The notes beneath the pieces were generated by a model. That model worked only from the letters and a program-made list of their open reading frames with translations. It ran no database searches and was not told the DNA's origin. Shown piece by piece: positions 24,701 through 35,700 of a stretch of 64,000 nt of DNA (position 1 is the first letter of the stretch; the number at the start of each line of letters is the position of its first letter). Source of the stretch: Chrysemys picta bellii (taxonomy: Eukaryota). Where the stretch lies: assembly GCF_011386835.1 (NCBI RefSeq), contig NC_088812.1, positions 2,046,001-2,110,000 on the forward strand, given 5' to 3'. The position numbers were made by a program, and so were the translations under genes.

Positions 24701-27700
24701 GGGACCCTCCGCCCCCCAGACCTCCTGGGTCAAAGGACTCGACACATGTGTTCCCACATTCTTATTACACATATTACGGTAGCTCCGAGAGGCCCCACCC
24801 AGTGTGCCCAGTGCTGCACATACACAGGGATAGTCCCTGCTGTGACGAGGTGGAGTGAGAGGAAGGACAGTCTAGTGGTTAGGACAGAAAATCCTGGTTC
24901 AATTCCCTTCTGTCCCATGCACTCCCTGTGTGACCTGGGGCCAGTCACCTGGGCTCCCTGGGCATCCGTTCCCCATCAGTACCATGGGAATCATAGCAGA
25001 GAGGTTGGGAGGAGACGCCCAGCTGGTACGCTGATGGGCCCACGTACACGCCTTAGACAGGGAGCAGAATTTACAATCTAAAGAGGCAGGCCAGGCGAAA
25101 GGGAGGCTGGTCGTATGCCCACCCTACAACTAGGAAAAGAGACACACAGATTCGCCCAAGTGGTTCTGTAACACAGCTGGGAACTGGATCCCACGGCAGT
25201 ATCTTAACCACATGCCCACCCACCCTTCAACGCTAGCATCTAGTGAGTCTCCAGGCCAGATCCTCCGTGTGAATCAGCACTGCTCTGGCGTCAAAGCAGT
25301 CAAGCCGATACACGTGCTAAGGATCTGCTGTGTAGATTTTTGGGGGCAGAAATTTCACACAGTCTCGGGCCGGACGGGATCGCCAGTCTGAGCTCCCGTT
25401 CAGCACAGGCCACTAAAAGCCACTCAGTGACTAGTGAGATCAAAGCATCCTAATCCTCAGAGACAAACGTCTTGTGAGCCACGGGCAGAGAATAGGGCCC
25501 ACCAAGGAGTGACCAATGCCTGCAGCCCCTGCCACGGCAGGGAACTGCTTAGGTGAGACAAGCCCCAGGACCCCAGTAGCGACCTGCACCCCGCACTGCG
25601 GAGGAAGGTGAAAAAGCTCTGTCAATCTTCCCAACCCCAAATCTGGTGGCCCCGAGCACGTGAGTGAGATTCACCAGCCAGACAGAGGAGTCTCTGTACC
25701 AGCTCAGAGCACTGGTCCATCCTGTCTGGTGTCCCATCTCCCGCTGTGGTTGATTTCGGACGCTTCGGACAAAGGTGGAAACCCCCCACCCCAGAATACA
25801 AGATGGGACCATTTTGCTCATCTAGTCTGACCTGTTGACCACAGGCCTTAGAATTTCACCCAGCGTTTACAACACGGGCATTTGATAGCAACCGAAGGGT
25901 TAAACATACTTCTCCTCTGGTAAAATCACCATTTGAGCAAAGGAGAACTGAGGAAATTCTGCCGGGATACAGCAGGGAAGGGAGGTAGGAAGGAAAAATG
26001 AAACGTTCGAGACCCTGGCCTGTAACAAACCCTGTTGTGTGTCGTTCCTAGCTGAACTGCTGCGGGGTTCATAACTACACAGACTTTTCCGGCTCTGCCT
26101 TTCAAATACGGACCAACCTGACTTATCCCAAAAGCTGCTGCAAAGATCCAACGAGCTCCGCATGCAACGGACGCAACGTCAGCAGCGTGGTCATCAACCA
26201 GGAGGTCACGGCCCGGTTTGGGGGTCGAAAAGGAAACTGTGGGAATAGTGCTGTTAAAAACCTAGCCTGCCTCTGTTGGAGTCGGAGGGAGCAAGGGAGC
26301 ACGTGGGGGAGTGATCAGCACCCTGATCTTGCAGCAAACGCTGCCTGGACGTCTACCTGCACCCACAGGGATCTCATGGCAGGATCGGTGCCTATGTGCT
26401 CTAAATTCAAAACCAGAAAGCACCTTGTACACCCCTTAAGTGAAGGCTGTGGGGCCTAGTGGGCAGGGCACTGGGTTGGCTCTTCCTGCAGCATGACTTT
26501 GGGCAAGCCACTCCCTCGTGCCTCAGTTTCCCTCTCTGTAAAGTGTGGGGGAATAACGATACAGCCCTCTTTTGGAAAGTGCTTTGGGATCTATGGATTT
26601 AGGCACAGCCATAGGCCAGTGGCCAGTCAGCCACGCAGGGGCTAATTCCACCCCTACCCCACCCCCGCGTGAAGGGAAGATACACTAGTTTGCCCAGCAA
26701 GTGTGCTGAAGCCAATGGGATTCCACCGGGGGATGGGCTCCCATTGCTTTTTGTTTCCGATTACTCTGAAAGCAGCCTACACCTCACCCTATTTTTTACC
26801 CTTCAGGGCTGCTTCCGCCGGCTGGTTTCCCTGATCAAAGACAAGAGCCTATTGCTTGGTGGAGCTGCCACCGGTGCCGCCGTGCTGGAAGTGAGTTTAA
26901 CCCAAGTTAGTCTGGTCTTAAAGGGACGTGTTCACTTTGAAGTACTCCAGTGATGCACAATTAGCCAGCTGTGCACAGGTCGACCACGATGGGTATGTGC
27001 AGCGCCTAACACAGCAGGGCCCTGACCTCAGTTAGATACTAGGGGGTTACACATAAACATAAGAACATAAGCACAGTCATACTGGGTCAGACCAACAGTC
27101 CATCTAGCCCAGTATCCTGTCTTCAGACAGTGGCTGGTGCCAGGTGCCCCAGCGGGAATGAACAGAACAGGGAATCATCAAACAATCCAATCCCTGTTGT
27201 CCAGTCCCAGCATCTGGCAGTCGGAGGTTTAGGGACACCCAGAGCACTGGGCTGCGTCCCTGACTACCTTGGCTAATAGCCACTGATGGGCCTGTCCTCT
27301 AGGAACTTCTCTCATTCTTTTCTCAACCCAGTTATACTTGTGGCCTTCACAGTATCCCCTGGCAAGGAGTTCCACAGGTTGATTGTACGTTGTGTGAAGA
27401 ATTGCTTCCTTTTGCTTGTTTATAAACCTGCTGCCTTTTCATTTCATTGGGTGACCCCTGGTTCGTGTGTTATGTGATGAGGTAAATAACACTTCCTTAG
27501 TCACTTTCTCCATACCAGTAATTATTTTGTAGACCTCGATCATATCACTCCTTAGTCGTCTCCTTGCTACGCTGAACTGTCCTAGTCTTTAAAACCTCTC
27601 CTCATACAGAAGCTGTTCCATACCCCTCATCATTTTTATCGTCCTACACTTTTTCCAATTCTATATCTCTTTTTTGAGCTGGAGTGACCAGAACTGCATG

Positions 27701-27850
27701 CAGTATTCAAGATGTGGGTGTACCATGGATTTATATAGAGGCAATATGATATTTTCTGTCTTATTATTCATTCCGTCTCTATTTTTCTCTCTCCCACTGC
27801 AGCTATTAGCTATGATGGTCTCCTTAATGCTGTACGCTAAACTGGAATGA
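21800..27850 (+). CDS. TSPAN16: Tetraspanin-16-like protein, 244 aa; join(21800..21868,22493..22690,23334..23408,24589..24696,26052..26204,26807..26890,27803..27850)
   Basis: GT-AG, phase-0 introns. Motifs WIKLGSASFVRVLG, KKKYSGY..DD, LNCCGVHNYTDFSGSAF...YPKSCC match TSPAN16 as recalled (KCCGVNNYTDFSGSSF...YPRSCC). DOCK6 is adjacent, as in human. AATAAA at 28221-28226. Confidence 0.8.
27058..27775 (-). mobile_element. CR1 LINE 3' fragment, antisense in the last TSPAN16 intron
   Basis: Reverse complement of the 8290-9200 subfamily, e.g. GCAGTATTCAAGATGTGGG...CCATGGATTTATATAGAGGCAATATGATATTTTCTGTC. Confidence 0.9.
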
Positions 27851-29209
27851 CAACATTTGAAGAAACCCAGCAGGAGGACTTCCCAAACCCTTGGAATTGT
27901 GTTGCATCAGGGCCGGGGGGGCGGGGGGACACACTGCACTACATGACAGCAAAGCTGAAATAGTCCCAAGCACTAACGACCCTGCCCCAGAGCCGTCATT
28001 GGGAGCAGGACCATTCATTTGCCCAGTTTTCAAACTCCATAGTTACAGAACAGAAAATCCTGGGAGCCATACCACTATGCAGGATCAAAGTTCCCCCAGA
28101 GCTTTGAATATGGAAACCACTCTGCACATGCGCGGTTATTAGTGACAAATGTACTGAACTATTTCTAGATTTATTATTCTCCATCCCCGGGCGGGGGGGA
28201 GATACCATTTAAACAGAGATAATAAACATGGGGAGACTGATTGCTAGGGTCTCTGTGTTTTTAAATGTGTCTCATCTTCCTAAAATACTCATCAACAGCT
28301 TGCTTACCTGTCTCAGTAGATACCAGGTTTTAATTCAGATCAGGCAGGTGTCTTTTTGCCAGGGGCCTGGAAAGGACTGAGAAGGGGATAGCCGCTTTCA
28401 GACCACTGAAGAGAAAAGGAGAGCGAATGGAGGACCAGGGCTATGTCCCATTAGGAATACCAATATACTATACGGCAAAGCGCTCCTAGGGCGGACCCAG
28501 CTATGCTGGCGAAAGGGTACAGTTTATTCCAAAGTGCAGTTTTGCTGGTATAACTGCGTCTACACTAGGTGCTTCTGGGAACACAACTGCCAATCAGAGG
28601 TCCCACCTCTTCCCACCGCTGACTGACACAGCTCTGCCGGCAGAGGTCTCTAGCGTAGACCTGGCCTAGGGCTCTGGAGATTCATAGATTTGAAGGCCAG
28701 AAGGGACCATTGTGATTATCTAGTCTGACCCCCTATAACACAGGCCAGAGACCTGCCCAAAAGACTCCTGCCTCCAGCCCATCACTTCTGGTTCTGACAC
28801 AGGTATAGTTACAGAAAGCGAATACCCCTCTCATCAGGTCAGTGACCCTCCTTCCCGGTGTCAAAACCAAATGCAAATAAACCATAAGCCCAGCCATCAA
28901 AAGCCCAACCCGTGATTACCACACCCCAGGGCCTGTGGCTAGGAGGAACGGCTAGAAACCCCAGACAGAGGAGAGAGTTATTGTGCCTTTCTCGTGGCCC
29001 TGGCAAACAGCAACCTTGGGGCAGAGGTTGGGGAATGCCGACAACCATGAGGTGAGAGGTCATGGCCTCAGGTGGGGGAGTGACAACTATGGAGGGCAGA
29101 GGTACAGGCCGAGGTGGCGGGGGAGGGACGACGACAACCGTGAGGGCAGATGGCAGAGATCAAATCCCATGGGAAGCAAGTCTAAGGGGGAAAAACAATT
29201 GAAGACAGT

Positions 29210-31255
29210 TGGCAGTTTTTCAAAGAGACATTATTAAGGGCACAAGAGCAAACTATGCCACTGCATAGGAAAGATAGGAAGTCTGGCAAGAGACCACCCT
29301 GGCTTAACCAGGAGATCTTCAATGATCTAAAACTCAAAAAAGAGTCCTACAAAAAGTGGAAACCTGGTAAAATTACAAAGGACGAATATAAACAAATAAC
29401 ACAAGTAGGCAGGGACAAAATTAGAAAAGCCAAGGCACAAAACGAGATCAAACTACCTAGGGACATAAAAGGAAACAAGAAAACATTCTACAAGTACATT
29501 AGAAGCAAGAGGAAGGTCAAGGACAGAGTAGGCCCGTTACTCAATGAGGGGGGAAAGACAATAACAGAAAATGTGGAAATGGCAGAGGTTAATGACTTCT
29601 TTGTTTCGGTTTTCACCAAGAAGGTTGGTGGCGATTGCACGTCTAACATAGTGAATGCCAGTGAAAATGAGGTAGGATCAGAGTCTAAAATAGGGAAGAA
29701 ACAAGTCAAAAATTACTTAGACAAGTTAGATGTCTTCAAATCACCAGGGTCTGATGAATTGCATCCTAGAATACTCAAGGAGCTGACTGAGGAGATATCT
29801 GAGCCATTAGCAATTATCTTTGAAAAGTCATGGAAGATGGAAGACATTCCAGAAGACTGGAAAAGGGCAAATCTAGTGCCCAACTATAAAAAGGGAAATA
29901 AGGACAACCCGGGGAATTACAGACCAGTCAGCTTAACTTCTGTACCTGGAAAGATAGTGGAGCAAATAATTAAGCAATCAATTTGCAAACACCTAGAAGA
30001 TAATAAGGTGATAAATAACAGTCAGCATGGATTTGTCAAGAACAAAGCATGTCAAACCAAACTGATAGCTTTCTTTGACAAGGTAACAAGCCTTGTGGAT
30101 GGGGTGAAGCGGTAGATGTGGTATATCTTGACTTTAGTAAGGCTTTTGATACAGTCTGGCGTGACCTTCTCATAAACAAACTAGGGAAATACAACCTAGA
30201 TGGAGCTACTATAAGGTGGGTGCAAAACTGGTTGGAAAATGGTTCCCAGAGAGTAGTTATCAGTGGTTCACAGTCATGCTGGAAGGCCATAATGAGTGGG
30301 GTCCCGCAGGGATAGGTTTTGGGTCCAGTTCTGGTCAATATCTTCATCGATGATTTAGATAATGGCATAGAGAGCACACTTATAAAGTTTGCGGACGATA
30401 CCAAGCTGGGAGGAGTTGCAAGTGCTTTGGAGGATAGGTTTAAAATTCAAACTGGAGAAATGGTCTGAAGTAAATAGGATGAAATTCAATAGGACAAATG
30501 CAAAGTACTCCATGTAGGAAGGAACAATCAGTTGCACACTTACAAAATGGGAAATGACGGCCTAGGAAGGAGTACTGGGGAAAGGGATCTGGGGGTCATA
30601 GTGGATCACAAGCTAAATATGAGTCAACAGTGCAACGCTGTTGCAAAAAAAGCAAACATCATTCTGGGATGTATTAGCAGGAGTATTGTAAGCAAGACAC
30701 GAGAAGTAATTATTCCGCTCTACTCCATGCTGATTAGGCCTCAGTTGGAGTATTTTGTCCAGTTCTGGGCGCCACATTCAGGAAAGATGTGGACAAATTG
30801 GAGAAAGTCCAGAGAAGAGCAACAAAAATGATGAAAGGTCTAGAAAACATGAGGTATGAAGCAAGATTGAAAAGAATTGGGTTTGTTTAGTCTAGAGAAG
30901 AGAAGACTGAGAGGGGACATGAGGACAGTTCCCAAGTACATAAAAGGTTGTTACAAGGAGGAGGGAGAAAAATTGTTCTTCTTAACCTCTGAGGACAGGA
31001 CAAGAAGCAATGGGCTTAAATTGCAGCCAGGGCGGTTTAGGTTGGACATTAGGAAAAACGTCGTAACTGTCAGGGTGGCGAAGCACTGGGATAAATTGCC
31101 TGGGGAGGTTGTGGAATCTCCATCGTTGGGGATTTTTAAGAGCAGGTTGGACAACCCCCTGGCAGGGATGGTCTAGACCATACTTAGTCCTGCCAGGAGT
31201 GCCGGGGACTGGACTAGATGCCTCTTGAGGTCCCTTCCAGTCCTGTGATTCTGTA
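29210..31255 (+). mobile_element. 5'-truncated CR1 LINE of about 2 kb, with a disrupted ORF2 reverse transcriptase
   Basis: Motifs [34 protein letters not shown] and KFADDTKL are split by stops and frameshifts. Ends in the CR1 3' UTR (GGTCCCTTCCAGTCCTGTGATTCT). Confidence 0.95.
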
Positions 31256-31659
31256 ACTTGGGAGTGGGGGGCGACCGACCCAACAAGCACGGGGCAGAGG
31301 TCAGAGCCTCGGGGGACGACAACCACCAGGACAGTGGTGGGAGCTTGGGGGGAGGAGCTAGAAATCTCTGCCTTTGGGATGGGGAGCAAAGGTCATAGCC
31401 TCACAGCTGGGTCAGAGGTCACAGGCTCAGGTGGAGGCAAAGGTCACATCTTAAGAGCCGGGTCAGAGGTCACAGGCCAGAAGGGGCAGCCGCATTGAGG
31501 CAAAGGCCATAGGCTGGCTAATGATCCCAGAGAGCACAGGTGAGAACAACCTCAGGTGGGTCATGCCCAGGAGAAACCACACACCCAAAGGATTATGGGT
31601 AAAAAGCTCTCTAACCTGTGGTCCCCCCCCCATATAAGCTGGTAAAGCCTGGCTCGTTT

Positions 31660-32700
31660 CCAATGTGATTGGACGATGAAGCTGTCAATCTGCCCAGAGC
31701 TTCAATCACTTTCCACTTCATTCCCTTCAAAGTCCCACCTTACTTGCCTCCCCAACGCCATTGGGCAAACAAATGATTCCCTTCCTTCTATAGGTCCAGA
31801 GTCCTGTCCATCTGCTATCGCCCCACCTTCACGCACATATTAACCAATGGATTTCCAAATAGGCAGAGTGAGATGGATGATTGACAGAATATGAACCAAT
31901 CAAATTCTGGACTCATTGGCTCATCCTCCAATAGGGAGGTAGATGGAATATATTACTTTTTATTGGCTTAGCTACCTATCAATCAAATTTAGACCCACCC
32001 CCCCAGCCACGCACCAATAAGGAGCTACCTTGGGCACTCTACGTTTCTGATTGGTTTATATATGTGTCACTCATTATAAGAACCGCCCATGCATTGCACC
32101 TTCCAATAAAGAAGTAGCGGGTAGAATCCCTTCCCTGTGAATGGCTCAAATGCCTGTCAATGAAATTCTCTCCTGCCTTTTCATCCTTCAATAGGTGCGC
32201 CGGATAGGCCTGTCCTGGGCATTTGCCATCTTTGATTGGTCCATAAAAATGTCAATCAATTATAATATCAGACCATCCTTAATCTTCTCCAATGGGAGTC
32301 CAAATATGAGCCACATTTCATCTCTGATTGGCTTAATCTCGTATCAATCAATTCGGGCCGTCGCCTACTTGTCCTCCAATAATAAAGCACATTCAGGGAC
32401 CCTTCCCTGTGCGATTGGATGAGTCCTCTGACACTCAGTTTTAACACCCGCCTCCTATCCCTTTAATAGGCCAGTCAGGTAAGCTGGCTCCTTCCTGATC
32501 GGGATTGGCTGCGTGTCGTTGTCACTCAGAGCGCTCCGCTGGTGTGACTGGCCTTCGAGCCTCGCGGGGGGCGGGGATATCGGCGGAGTCCCCGCCCCCC
32601 GATCCCACCGTGCTTTGCGGGGGTGTGTGGAGAGCTCGGCCTGGTTCCCGCGTTGAGCCCTCGCCGCCGCCGCCGCCTCCTCAGCGTCTCTCGCCGGCCT
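31660..32700 (+). promoter_or_regulatory. KHSRP promoter: CCAAT-box array running into a CpG island with GC boxes
   Basis: 17 CCAAT/ATTGG pentamers at 31660-32508, then GGGGCGGGG and CCCGCCCC boxes and a CpG island over exon 1. Confidence 0.75.
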
Positions 32701-32711
32701 CAGCCGCCGCC

Positions 32712-35700
32712 ATGTCGGACTATAGCCCGGCCGGGCCCCCGCCCTCCGGAGGGCCCCCCGGTGGGGGAGCCGGCGGAGCCGGAGCTGGGGGGCCGCCCCC
32801 GGGCGGAGCGGGCGCGGGAGGCGCGGGGGGGCCCGGCCCGGGCGGAGCGGGGGGGCCGCCCGGGGGGATCCGCAAGGACGCCTTCGCCGACGCCGTGCAG
32901 CGGGCCCGACAGGTGAGGGGGCGGCGGGGCCGGGCCGGGAGCCGGGGGGGGCCCGGGCCTGAGGCGCGATGGGGCGGGCGGGGCCGGAGCCTGGGGCCAG
33001 GAGGGCTAGAGGGGGGGGCGGAGGGAAGTGAAGGGGGGCGAGGAAGGGGGCTGGGCCGCGAGGGCTGGGAGCGTGGCGGGGGGGGGGGGTAGAATTGGGG
33101 GGGGGAGGAAGAGGTCTGGGAGCAGAGGGGAGGGGGTGAGAGGGGTGTGGGTTATGGGGGGAGGGCGGATAAGATGGGGGGTCTGGGAGGGGCTGAGAGG
33201 GGTGTGGGTTATGGGGGGAGGGCGGATAAGATGGAAGGGGTCTGGGAGCAGAGGGGAGGGGGGTGAGAGGAGTGTGGGTTATGGGGGAGGGCGGGTAAGA
33301 TGGGGGGAGGGAAGGGGTATGGGAGCAGATGGAAGGGGGGTGAGGAGTATGGGTTATGGGGGAGGGCGGATAAGATGGGGGGGTCTGGGAGGGGATGAGA
33401 GCAGGGTGGGTTATGAGGGGAGGGTGGCTAAGATGGGAGGGAGGGAAGGGGTATGGGAGCAGATGGAAGGGGGGTGAGGAGTATGGGTTATGAGGGGTGG
33501 GTGGATAAGATGGGAGGGAGGGGTATGGGGTCTGGGGTCTGGGAGCAGAGGGAAGGGAGGTGGAATTGGGGGTGGGGAACAGGTATGGGGGCCTGGGAGC
33601 AGAGGGAAGGGTGGAGAAGCGGGTAAGGGTTATGGGGATGGGGGGGGATAGGAGGGGGTATGGGTTAGGGAAGCGGGGGGGTGGAAGGAAGGGGTATGGT
33701 TGTGGGGGGGTAGGGTGGGAGCAGGGGGATAGACGGGGTATGGGTTGTGGGGGCTGGGGCCAGAGGGGAGGGGGCCTGGAGTGTGGGGGATGGATATGGT
33801 CTGTGGGAGGAGGGGGCCTTAGGGATGAGAGGGAGGTTGGGAGGGTTGGTACCAGGGCTGCAGGGAATGGGATGTAGGGAGAAGAGAATTAGGGACTGGG
33901 GGAGGAGTATGAGGTCAGTGTTGGGAACAGAGGGGCTGGGGTCTTAGGCGTGGAAGGGGAGGTGAAGGATTAGAGGGAGCTGGTGGAGATGATAGGCTGA
34001 GTGAAGAGAGGCAGGAAGGTGAGGGGATCCCCCAAGGTGGCCTACTGTTCCCCCATGGCAGTAGGATACTCACTTCTATCACCAGCTGGGAGAGGGAAAG
34101 GTCAGAGTTGTTCATCTGTGTTGAGCTTCAGGGTTTCATGGTCCATACTGAGGTTATTCTTCGCCTGGGTCTCACTTCTTGCTTCATGCATGTGGAAGAG
34201 GGGGATGGCCAGGCTCCTGGGTCTCTTCCCTCCCATGTGGCCAGCAGAGAGCTCTGCTCAGCCCTCCCCTGTCTTTGCTTGCAGCACCCACTGGGGCCTC
34301 ATCCCTAGGCCCACATTAAATAGGGACATGTTTGGGATGGCCCTCCTTAATTCTGGGGTTCCTTCCGTTCTTGTTGCAACATGACTGTCCCCAAAGGAGA
34401 AGGTTAGCAGTGTTAACCTCGTCCTCAGGTGGTTGGTGGTTTATCTAACCTAATGGGCAGTAGGGCCTGATGTCCCCATACATCCCAACTTCTGCAGGTA
34501 TCCCTTGTTTTTCTGACTTTGCAAGGCTAACGGAATGCTATAAAACCCCAGAGCCATGGGCCGCTAACCCAACTGCTCAAACAAGCTTGTCTCGCACACA
34601 CAGTCTACAAAAAATAGACACCCAACATTTGGGAGACGGGGTGACACTTCCCACTGAAATTGTGGAGCCGATTCACATCTTTATCAGCTAGGCAAGCCAC
34701 TGCAACTCATGGCTTCATTTCCTCAGACTACAGAGGAAGAAACGTAAATGCTGACAAGTCAGTCACAATTCAGATGAACGATTGCATTTGCAGAAGGAAT
34801 TTCTCTACGTTGAAAATGTCTGTATCCTGCTATGACTCGCGGGCACTGGTGGTTGGACATAGCGCTGAAATGTGCGCTCTGCTAACGTGCAGGGGAATCC
34901 TGCACTAGTCTTGCCACTGCACGGAAGTACTGAGATGCTGGTGATTTGGCGATATGTTTTATGCTAATTTTCTTCCCAACTTTTAGGTGTATTTTTCTGC
35001 AGTGCTAAAATCTTGGACTATTAATGCATCTGTGTGTCAGATGGATGCTACAGTATAAAACTGACAACTTCCGTTTGGAAAATGTGTTTCTGTAATTTAA
35101 TGTCTTGGATGCTTTATAGCTGGCTCTTGAAATTTGACTTTTAAAATGAGACTATTAATTTTGTTTGTAGGGGATCAAGGGGCAAAGCTCATTTCGTTCA
35201 GAAGTGAAGGATCCCAAAAATGAAACACATGTGCAACCTTAAATCCGGGATAAGTTTGTTTTTAATCAAATGAAGGGGTGGGTGGGATGGTTTAGTAGAC
35301 TAATAATGGGGTGTACAAAGCTTTTCACCTCTGTGTCCCTGATTGAAGTCCAGTTTGATAGCTACCAAAAGTGCTTACCATCAAATGGTGTGGCTGGGCT
35401 GGGGAGTTTAAGAACAGGTGTGCACTTAACTTTTGTCAACAGTAATGTCAGTTTAGGATGTAATTTTTAATGACACTTTTATACTGACAAAAGCCCTAGT
35501 GTAGACCCAGTTATGCCAGCAGAGAGAGACTTCTCTAGAAAATAGCTTCTTTCCTTTGGGGAACTGTGTAAACTGGCCTGGTACAAACACTCTTAATCTG
35601 CATCACCACTAGAAGAGTTTGCAAGGAGAGCCCTGCGTAGGACAATTTTTTTTTTTTTAAATCCTGCTCCTATCCTGCCCTGCAATACCCACTCCCACCC

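Noticed and set aside
29255-31176. Reverse-transcriptase-like ORFs as an active or domesticated gene
   Set aside because: The element is 5'-truncated with stops and frameshifts between RT motifs, so it is a dead CR1 copy.
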